Source of the DNA: Podarcis gaigeae
Taxonomy: Eukaryota
Reading direction: 5' to 3' (one strand)
DNA length: 64,000 bases
Assembly: GCA_964106915.2 (NCBI GenBank)
Contig: OZ066921.1
Part shown: positions 15,850 to 26,304 of the stretch, piece after piece
Numbering within the stretch: position 1 is the first letter of the stretch
How the letters are laid out: each line of letters starts with the position of its first letter
Program-made: the position numbers and the translations under genes
Notes under the pieces: model-generated
The model's database searches: none
The model's input: only the letters and a program-made list of their open reading frames with translations
Told to the model about the DNA's origin: nothing

Positions 15850-17500
15850 TTGAAACAGGTTCTAATGAAATCCTAAAAAATTGGAACACAAAAGATCAGA
15901 ATTAGAAGTGTTATATATGGAGAGAATAGGCAAATCCATGCTCGTTGTGAGTCAAAAGTTATATGAACATGGTAATAAACATTCCAAATGCTAGCCAGGG
16001 CTCTGAAAGGTAAGCAATTTATTTAAATAATTACTTTAAATATGGAACTTTCACCCATGACTAAAATCAGATTAGCAATATGTTTATAGAGTTTTATAAA
16101 GTGCTATATAACCCAAATAACCCTTTACCTGAAAAAAATTAAGTGAGAAGATGTGTTATCAAACCTTTCATAAAGAAAGCACAACAACATTCTGCAGAAG
16201 AAATTGATCAAGCTATTAAAAAAAACAAATACTGCGTATGAGCCCTTGACCCGATGGGCTTGGCAACACATTTTTTAAAGAAATACAGAGACCTACTCAC
16301 ACTTTATATTTGTCAACTTTATCCATCTGGCAAGAGCAATCAGGCGCTGATACATAGGCACTGATCCAGAATAACTGTCCTTCTAAAGCCAGGCAGAGAT
16401 AAAGCACAGGTGTGCTCATACAGGCCAATTACCTTATTGAATCAGGACCAGATTATCTTCTTCTCAATTTTAGTTGCACATTTAAATCTAATAATTAGGA
16501 ATTTAATCCATACAGACAAAACATACCTCTTGGGCATATCTTGGATCCCATAAGACTGTTCTTCTTGGATTTATGTTTCTTAGTAATTTACAAAGCCTTT
16601 GGTGGTTTGGAATGGTGTTATCTCTTAACATTTTGTGGACATGCCAACAAGGCAATCACCTTATTACAGCAATAGCTAAACTCTACTCAAATAATTCAGC
16701 TACTCTAAGAATTAATAACATGGACTCCTCAGCAATTGCAATCTGGAGAGGGACAAAGGTTGCCACTAGGTAATGGAGGCAAGGAAGTAGTATCAAAATT
16801 TTATGGTTACTTAATACAGAACTAATTTGGGGACTTGTCTAGCCTAAAATAAAGATGGGAATATGATGTAAAAGTAACAATGGAAGACTCAATTTAGAAA
16901 GGCGTGTGCATGAAGAAACCCTTTAAGTGAGTGTCTGCAAATATTAAAGAACTTTCACTCAAAATCTTCCACAGATGGTATAGGACTCCATCCCAACATC
17001 ACATCAACTATAAGCCCCTTATGTTGGCATGGATGTGACACTAAGGGGACAAATATACATTTTTGGTGGACTTGTTTTTGAATACAAGTTGTTTGGTCCC
17101 TGGATCACATAGAACTAACAGCACTAATAAAGGAAACAACTGAATTCACTCCGTAGCTTTTTATTTTAACAATGTTCCAAGGTACAAATAAAAATGTACT
17201 ATCTAAAGAACTCATCACTTTACCAACTGTAGCAAGGCGGTCTATTTTCCAACACTGGAAATATTTTGTGGTTTAAAAACATGTACAACACTGCAATTTC
17301 AGCAAAAATTACATTTAGTTTTCAATTAATTCAAGTTGAGGCACAACCTATGGATTTTGGAGCAGTGTGGTGGGATTTTATATAGTATGTTATTAATACT
17401 AATTGAAGTAACTTGATTCCACAAGTAAATAAGAATGTTTGCCTATCGTGAGACTGTAATATGATGTCATCCTGTTTGTGGATAGAATATATTTTATTCT
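15850..17500 (+). mobile_element. Old, internally deleted L1-clade LINE remnant
   Basis: Degenerate ORF2 motifs: ITVLLKPGRDKAQVCSYRPITLLNQD (about 16372-16450, pre-RT motif), KELSLKIFHRWYRTP and CWHGCDTKGTNIHFWWTC (about 16947-17075, zf-RVT). AT-rich with many stops; boundaries approximate. Confidence 0.75.
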
Positions 17501-17893
17501 ACTGTCTTTTTACTTTAACCTTATTTATAGCATTTGTACTCCAGATGATTATGGCATAATACCAGTTTATTAATATCACAGCAGACCTACAGTGAAAAAT
17601 AACATTTATAAGAAAATACAAAATTGAAATGACATTTTTTATACTGTAAAATGTGCACTTTCCATAGCAATTGTTTACACAAGGTTGAATCTGTTATTTT
17701 CAATATTGAAAAATAAAAGGAAACAAAATGGAGGGAGGGGGAGAGCCTATGTCAGAAAGCAGAGGGAGAAGCCTCCAGTGATGCTAAGAGATTGTGGCCA
17801 TCAGCCTGCTGGTCCAATGCAATACACTGCAAAAGTACCTCTGGCCCACCCTGTGTCCACATAGCGTTGGAGCTCAGGCACTTGCCCCCAGGT

Positions 17894-20800
17894 TCACAAG
17901 AGCCCCAGATTCTTCATCGTCCGCCATCGGTCCTTGATCGCCACAGGAGTGCGGTTCTTAAAGGGGAATGCCTGGGAAATGGCTTTCCACCTCCCTTCCC
18001 CAAACTTCTTCACGCCTTCCTTAATCCACTGAGACTCCTCTGAAGTCCAGATCTAGAAAGAAGAGGGCATAGGCTCTCATGAGCAACCATCAAGTGCTGC
18101 AAGACTTGCCCCTTGTCCCCATGACAGAATGACAGATACCCCACCCTCTGGAGATGGTTCCATGGCTGTTGCTAACAGAGGATTGCCACTGACATGGGAT
18201 GTAGCCCAGTAACTCACAGCAGGCAAATATCCAGCCCATATTTCAAGACATTAAACCCAACTTGGTGGCACACATAGTCCTCCTTCTGCAATATGTGGGT
18301 AATAAAAATAAAATTCTGCCTCCTTAAAGTGTGGTTGAAGAGGCCATCAAAGATAGCAGATATAATGTGCTGAGATTGCCCAGGCTTCTTTGAATCCCCT
18401 GGGTATCTAAGACCCTTGATTATTTATTTAATTAATTAATTAGGAGAGGCCCCTTAGTCCAGTGGTTGAACATGCAGAAGATCCCAGCTTCAAACCTGTG
18501 ACAACTCCAGGTAGAGCCACGAAAGAGACACCTGGCCTGAAACCCTGTAGCACAGACAATACTGAGCTAGATGGACCAGGATTCAGCATATGGCAGCTTC
18601 CTATGTTCCCATTAATGGGGATTTCGACAGTTATTTCATTTGGGAGAGGGGGTCCTCATCAACTGGCCTCCATTTAGAGGGGTCTTGTCAAGGCAGGCCT
18701 ATTTCTCCCCACTGGAGTGCTCAGCTCCAGACTGGGTGTAGGCTTGGTTACCTTCTTTTTCGAACCAAAGAGGGAAGTGTTGATGCTGCTGCTGCCTTCT
18801 TCCTTCGATTCTGAAACACAAATTCATTTACAAACTTTATGGGATGCATGGAACCACTCGGTAAGCTGGTTATTGCTACTGGCTCAGCAGTTGGGAGGTT
18901 TTACCACTACTGCACCTCATCAGAAATCCAGGGTAGTGGTCAAATTCCACCCAGCCCTTGGCATGATGTGTACAGTCTACTACTGATGGAACTATGTTAG
19001 GGTTGCCATACATCCAGGGCATCCCAGACATGTCCTCTTTTGGACAGGCCCACCCAGGGGAATTTTTACATTTTAAAGGAAATGTCCGGGATTGTAGGGA
19101 GGGGTTATTTATTCATTTATTGCTTGGCCAACTCTACACACCACTGCTGCCGCCAGCCCAAGCTGGGAAAAGAAGAATGTAGGTGCACTTCCTTCCCTGG
19201 CTCAGGCTGTCCTCTTTTTGCTCTTCAAGATATGGCAACCCTAAACTATGTGGCAAACAGTCATCCATGTTCACTCACAGTTGCCATCTCATTCTAGCAC
19301 GGTTCACAAAATTTATTACTTTGTTTTGCAAGATGTTTAGCAGGTTTTGAGAGTTTTGCTTTTAGCTAGTCTGGGCATTGCCTAAGCAAGCCTCCTGAAG
19401 GACCGCAGTTAACCGTTCTCTTTGCTTGCCATGCTGGCAATGTTTTTCCCCATGTCATTGCGATGTCACTGGGTAATGCAATGTGAGAAGCCATCAAAAC
19501 TGCACAGCTGCTTTAATTAGAAGAGTGCATGGAGCTACAATTGAGCATCATGCAGAACAAGAAGCCAGTCTGAGGCAAAAGGCAGTAATTTTGTCAGTGC
19601 TGCTGCTGTGCACTTGGGAGTAGGTAGTCCAAATATTTTACTTTTCTGATCCAAGAGCTGTGCCCCCAAATCCCTCTGCTTACTATATACAGGATACTAG
19701 CTGCTTACCAAAAAGTTCATCCTCATCACTCCAGACCTCCTTTTCTTCATCCCGATTTAAACAAATTAGTCTCCTCTTTGCTAATCTGAATGGAACAGAG
19801 AAACACAAGTAAGGAAAGACCTACCCCACAAGGAGATGAGACGGGACTGAGCTGCATCAATTAATGTCGCACACAACCAGGATTATGGAGATGCTGGGTT
19901 AAGTATCAGAAAAGGAGCGAGGTTAATTTCTCACAGCAAACACACCACTGCAGAGACCTATGGCAGCTTAAATATGAGCAAATAGCTGGCGGCAGAAACA
20001 CAAACCCTTATCCTTGGTACAGACGGAAGGAGGGAGGGGGGAGAGAAATAACATTTCTACCTTCTGTCTGGCAACTGAAGCTAACATTCCAGGCATCTGA
20101 CAAAGCAGAGTCCGGCACAGGTGTTTCTGTCACAATAAATTTGTTTAGCAATCTTTAATGGGGCCAGAGACCGTATTGTCAATTCTGCTATCTTTGCAAT
20201 TTGAGTAATAAAAATTAAGACAAGGTATGTGAACCAGATTCTCTCGCAATCTGCTTCTACTAGCTGGGGGAGAAGATGCACAGCGATGCAACCCTACCAC
20301 TGCAAACCACCTTTGCCTTCCTTGGAGCTTCTGGACTGAGGCCTAAGGCCTTCTAATGGATTCCTTGCAAAGGTGAAAGTTGCACCAAATGCCTCATGCT
20401 GTGCCAGATCCCCAGCAGACCCCACAGCAGTCATAGCCTCTTACCTGGGATATCGGGAGGTATCATCAGGCTGGGTGGATTTTTGGGGCTGTGCAGGCCG
20501 GACAACCAAAGTTGCCACAGGCCTCTTGGATGGAACTCGGCAGGAAGTTGGGGGGTTCCAGCTCTCTGACCCCATAACCAATGTGCTTATGGACACTGAG
20601 CGTTCACTGGGGTGCAGCCTGGACGCAGCACGGTTCTTCTCCATTTGGCACTTGGCTGCGTGGAAATCAGAAGCCAAACATGGCTTGGGGAAAGTCCAGT
20701 CCAACTTGTCCAGTTTTGAAAACTCTTCATCTGCATCTGGGGAATTGGACAGGATCTTGAAAGCATCCCTCAGAGTAGAAAACCCATACGAGCCCATCCT

Positions 20801-23800
20801 CTTAGGCGAGCATCTGCAAAATAAAGAAACATCAGAAGGTTGCTCCACAAGTTTTGCCAATTTATGTTGCTGACCTCACCCCCAAGACCTTGCTCCCCTG
20901 GCAGCAGGTGCAATTTGAGTCTGAGTGCTGAGAGCCAGAAGTTGTATGACAAAACAGCTGCCCAGCATGGCAAAGGGAGTCAAAACTGTAAGAGGCCATA
21001 GGCTGCTAACCTGTCAGAGTCACTGGAAACTGCTGAGACAGTGGCAACAGCAACCACAGCAGGCTCTGCAGCTCCACTGGTTTCTTCTTCTGGCTTTGAA
21101 GCTGCCTGGCACTCATCAACCACTTTAGCAAGCTCCAAAACAGCTCGCTTTGCCTCCATCAAAGGCTTTGCAACTGTCTCACGGCCTCCCTCCAGAGACT
21201 TTGGCTGTTCTTCCACTGTATTTCTAGGCCCTGTCTCAGGCCGGGGCTCTTCCAAAGTCTCATCAGATCTTCCCACAGATTCAGGATTATCTGCTGCCGC
21301 CACCTCTGAGGTTTCTTTCACCATTTCCTCTTTGCTGGCCATTTCCAAAGGATTGAGCCTGGTCTCTATCTGATCATCCAAATCCCTTTTTGCCATCTTA
21401 AACAGAGAATGTGAACACAGTTACTAGAGAACACTTCTCAACTTTATTTTCTTTTTTCTAGTTATATACAGCAGCCATGCCCAAGCTGGTGCCCTGAAGA
21501 TGCTTTACCTACAAATCCCCTAATTGTAGGGCCTCACGATGCTGGAGCTGTTGGGAATTGCTAGTCCAAAACATTGTCAGGTTACAAGCTTGATATATGT
21601 CAAATGTGACATTGGAGCCCTGTGCTGTTCTGCTGTGGGGTATATTTCCCAAACACATAATAGTTTGGCCAGGGAGGCTTCTGTCTTAAGCCTCAGGTGC
21701 TGAATGTACCTTTTTTATCACAGTGTTTAGACGGCAAGAGTTCTGCTGTGGCAATGTAGGTGATATTGAAGTGCTCCAGCAACACACAGAAATATATGAA
21801 GAAAGCAAGCTGCCTTTTGCCAAGCCAGACCAATGGTTCATATAGTTTCCTATCACCACATATTGAGTGACAGCTGCTCTCCAGGGTTTCAAGCAGGGGA
21901 CATTCCCAGTCCTACCTAGAGATGCCAGGGATTGACCTTGGGACCTTCTGCATGCAAAGTAGATGTTTGACTACTAAGCTATACTCCCACTACAACACCC
22001 CACATCTCAATCAAGCAGCACTCCACACCCTTGCTTACCTCTAAGAGAAAGGGCTCAGAGTCACTCAAGCAGCTTTCTAAATACAGAAGTATTCTTTGCT
22101 GGAAAGCTTTATAGGAGAAGTTCCAGATGGCTGGATGAGCGAAGTTTTTTTCTCGGATGATGCTCTGGAACATTGACCTCATTTTCTATGCAAGGGGAAA
22201 TGTTTTTCAGTAACTGCAAGCAAATTGCAGCACAGGGCAGAGATAAAAGCAATTTTTGCAGTCATTAGAAGTTTAAACAAAACAAGCCAAACCACCAGAG
22301 CAATCTAGGTAATGTAAAAAATGCATGAAAGTAATGATGACTAGAGATGTGGACCACAATCTGTAGCAACATGGGCTGCTTGTGCATGCATTTTTTCTCA
22401 TTGCATAAGGGGGACAATAAACTCTCAAGTATTTAAGACACTCACTGAATTGGAGAATGTGGGAAGGACAAACCATGACTCTGCTTTGCAGTGAAACGAC
22501 CCTATAAGAGGCACATTTCAACAACAACAGCAGCGACATGAACTCATACCTGCTGAAAGCTCACCTGGGAACTTGGGTCCTTTGACATGTGTTTCCTCAA
22601 GATCCTGCTGGCTTGTTCATATTCTTTGTTTTTTAGACAGATTATAACAGCCTGGAGAAGACAAAATAATGGTTTGCAAGGAAGACTTTGGGAGACTGTT
22701 CCTAATCTAAGAAGATACTGTTCGAGAGATATCCCTCTGGAAATTTTCTAGATCTGCTTCACATTTTCAACCCAGTGTGTTTTCATTGTGTAATATTAGA
22801 CCACTTATTAAAGAATTTAAAAAATCAAGTAAGGCAAGTTACTTAAAAGTCTGTAGGCTAACAACATTGAAATAATGTATGCCTCGGGAGAGTCCAGAAG
22901 CCAGCTTTTCCTGGATTGCCCCCGAAGGAAACAAGTCTTCAAAACATGCTGAGTTCCAATAAACCCAGGCACTTCTGAGGAGACATTTCTCTTTCATTTC
23001 ATCCCAACATATAGGAATCGTGCCTCCTTGCTTCTATTAATTTTTGTGAACTTATTTAAAAGTCCAATTTAAGCATGGAGAAAAATAGGCAAGAGTTAAT
23101 CCTGGCATTGAATTAGCACCTTAATTAAACCCTTTCCTAAATATACTGCATTTTGAAACTCAAGACAGCTGTCCTCATACTAACTAGGCTGAGAAACAGT
23201 AATCAGTGCCTACAGAAGAGGAAATGCTAACACTTACTGCTTCCTTTATTTTATTTCTTATTTCTTCTATTATATCAATGCCTATGTCCAATTCATTCTT
23301 CATCTTATCCAAAAGAACAAGGGCATATTCAAGAGGTGTTAACTTGGTCTTGGTATCAATGGTCCAATCTTCTTCAATCCTAGACAGAAGCTGGATAATC
23401 CGCAGCTGAATGCCAATGCGTTTCTCTAGCACTAGGGGCCTTGCAAGCACAGCTGGAGAAGAACAAGACAGTCAAAACAGCCACCAAGCAAAATCAGATA
23501 GTTCAGCAAACCAGGTGTAACGAGGCTTGGGTAAGGCACCAAAGCCCTGTCCCATATATTGTATCCCTGGCCATATACAGGCAGATAGCTTCATTCCAAC
23601 ATGCCCTTTGGCCCAGGAATCACTTTGCATTTGCTTGTTTTTTTTGTGTGTGATCTACAATATCCTTTAGTATCTATATATACACAAACACACACTTTTT
23701 TTTTAGTGTCTTAATCTTTGTGGTGAGAGATCTTGCTGGAGCTCCAGTTTTGTGGGGCAGAAATGCAGTATGTACAGATTTTATTTATAATAATAATAAA

Positions 23801-25088
23801 TAATAATAATAATTTTTATTTATACCCTGCCCTCCCTAGCCAAGGCTGGGCTCAGGGCGGCTAACAAGCAATAATAAAAACAAGTTGAATGATTACAACT
23901 TAAAAACAAAATTAAAATACAACATTAAAATATTGAAACATTAAAACACTCCAAAGGTGCTAGGCCATTCCTAATGGTTGGCGTCTGGAAACCATCACAC
24001 TCAACTACAAGCCACACCAAAAACTCATTAAACTCAATCTCTTAATACACACATCAACATTCTCCAATTTGAAATAGATTTCATGAAGGCTCTGAAGTTT
24101 TCAGGTACTTAGGGGGCTAAAGACGGCCTGGGGGGGATCCTAACCCTTCTCCTGACCATCTGTGATGGGCTTTAGGAAGTATTCATTTAAGGGGGGATGT
24201 ATGTATCCTAACCATCTTCCTGAGAATCACAGCTGGCTGTTTTCAGACCTTCCTTCTGGGTTCTGTGCTGTTGGTTAGTTGTACTTTGTGCATTTTCTTT
24301 AAAAATCATTATTGGATGAATTTCTCCCCAAATTGATTTTAGAACTTTGAATTTATTGTTATTTACACTTTTATACTGTATTTTATGCTGTTTTTTTGTT
24401 GTATCACAATTGTTTTAAATTTGTTAGCCACCCTGAGCCCGGTTTTCTGAACTGGGAAGGGCGGGGTATAAATAAAAAAATATTATTATTTCCCTTAATG
24501 TCTAAAGGCAAATGACAAACGTTCCAGGGACACAGACTGTATTATATTTTAAGTTGCTTTAGGTTCATTATTTCTTAAATGAAAGCACCTAATGACTATT
24601 AAATGTAATATATGAATGTAAATAAGTAACAATGACATAAGTGGAACCAGGGCAATTACGTGACATATTTTAATGCTTGATGTTTTAGTATGTTCTGATA
24701 TGTGCTGTGAGCCGCCCAGAGTGGCTGAGGAAACCCAGCCAGATGGGCGGCGTATAACTAATAAAATTATTATTATTAGTTATTTACACTCACGTTCCTT
24801 AGCAGGAAATACCTTTACAGTTATTTAACCCAGCGAGAATGTTCCCCAAATGCCCCTTTCGTAAAACAAACTGGTCTCCTCACCGTATATGACGTCGCGC
24901 AGCTGGCGAAAGTCCTGGCTGCGACCGGCCCGGAAAGCCTGAAGGGCCCGGTGGGCGTAGAAGAGGATGGCCCACCGGTTCACCGCCTCCTCCAAGGCCT
25001 TTTCGCGAGCCTCCGCGGCTCCTCCGGGCGATGCAGCAAGAGACGCTCCCGGGCTGCCGCCCGCCATCTTCCCTCTCCCGCGCGCCAT
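17894..25088 (-). CDS. TERF2: Telomeric repeat-binding factor 2 (9 coding exons, about 567 aa)
   Basis: Exons 25088-24884, 23452-23238, 22651-22565, 22185-22039, 21396-21011, 20813-20445, 19785-19709, 18810-18752, 18052-17894 (1704 nt, in phase). TRFH (LEEAVNRW...DFRQLRD; LTPLE; [10 protein letters not shown]), RAP1-binding motif ([11 protein letters not shown]...FSKLD), iDDR-like [13 protein letters not shown], Myb/telobox ([21 protein letters not shown]...IKDRWRTMK). AATAAA (minus) at 17566-17571. Confidence 0.96.
18445..18610 (+). mobile_element. Degenerate tRNA-derived squamate SINE (family not named)
   Basis: Shares ...cacagacaatactgagctagatggacc... and head motifs with copies at about 285-445 (+), 13765-13940 (-), 21800-21985 (-) and 59060-59190 (-). 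Confidence 0.55.
18998..19243. mobile_element. hAT-superfamily MITE in a TERF2 intron
   Basis: TIRs TAGGGTTGCCATA / TATGGCAACCCTA; perfect 8-bp TSD aactatgt at 18990-18997 and 19244-19251. Confidence 0.9.
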
Positions 25089-26304
25089 CCCGCCGGGAAG
25101 GGGGCGTTGGCGTAAGTGACGGGTCCTTCCCCTGACGTAGTCGGTGGGCGGGTCAGGAGGGGGGACCGCGGAGGGCAGCGCTGGCTCAGAGCCTGGGACC
25201 CTGTAGTCTCAGCACCGTCCCGGTCCCAGCGGGGCTCTCTCTGCTCACTCCTCTGCCTGGAGGCCCACAAAGCGCAGAGGGTGGAAGGGAAGGCTATGGG
25301 CAGCTCGCCCCTCGCCGTGGCGCTGCTTGCCCAGGGAAATCAAGGGGGCAGCCGGGCAGGTTCCAACAGACAGAGGCAGAGAAAGCGGACTTGGGGAGGA
25401 TACAGGACGGAGCACGAGGGCCGAGACCGGGACACTGTCTCTGGCAGGGGGTTGCCAGGGTGATGGCTGCTGCTGCTGCAGCTGCGCTGCACGTGCGAAG
25501 CCACCAGAGGGGGGGGTCAAGATGCCCCGGGGTGGGATCATCTGCAGCAGTTGCCAGATGCTCCCGCGTTGTCTCTTGTGCTTCTTCAGCCAATCAAAGG
25601 GAGCCGCTGTTTCTCCCTCTCTCGTTTCATGCTGGCCATCTCCCTTCACGCCTGTGCGACCTGCCTCGCCCCTTCCAGGAAGGCGCCCTACGCCTCTGCC
25701 TCGGGCAGCCTGGGGAACAGGGGTCCCGGAGATCGGTCCTGCTTGGTTGGCTGGAGGAAGGGACTTTGAGATGAAGGTGGTGGGGTAAAGCCCCACCTGC
25801 GATTTCTGGGTCGGGAGACGGGTTGCATATGGGGCTGGGCTCCATAAGGGCTTCTTCGGGCTGCCCATAATTTTTCTTCCGTTGTTGATATCTTTTCTTT
25901 TCGTATCACTCTGCGAAGTCTTAGCACCCGACACAACATTGCGGAAATAAAAACCAATGGGCAACTATTCAAACTAGACCAAAGGGAGTGAAGCTGCATT
26001 AAAAGCGTTTTATTTTGCATGGGAAATGCGAGCGGTTTTTAAATACTATAAAACGCAACTTCTCGGTATGCACACGGCTTTCAGCTGCTCCTGAGGGCTA
26101 GATCTGCAGCCCTGCTGGGATCATTTCGGGGGGGGGGGGAGGCAGAATGTAATCGAGGCTGCCCCTAAACTCGGGAATTGAGAGACTATAAAAGAAGACG
26201 GAAGTTTTGCCTCTTGTGTGTTTATAGTGCAGCGCGCTTCTTTGTAGCTCAGTTTCCGGCTCTCTACCGGAAGTGGAGCCCATGTGCATCCTCCTTTTGC
26301 TGCC
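25089..26304. promoter_or_regulatory. Divergent CpG-island promoter region between TERF2 and DHODH
   Basis: ATGs 1.2 kb apart. TERF2 side: CTGACGTA and GGGCGGG (25132-25152), X-box-like GTTGCCAGGGTGAT (25451-25464). DHODH side: ETS ACCGGAAGTG (about 26266). Confidence 0.7.

Noticed and set aside
19960-20230. Possible conserved element or ncRNA in a TERF2 intron
   Set aside because: No C/D or H/ACA box arrangement or hairpin could be supported by eye; needs alignment.
25245-25964. 239-aa minus-strand ORF and overlapping ORFs between TERF2 and DHODH
   Set aside because: GC-rich CpG-island DNA with few stops; no recognisable domain or splice pattern.
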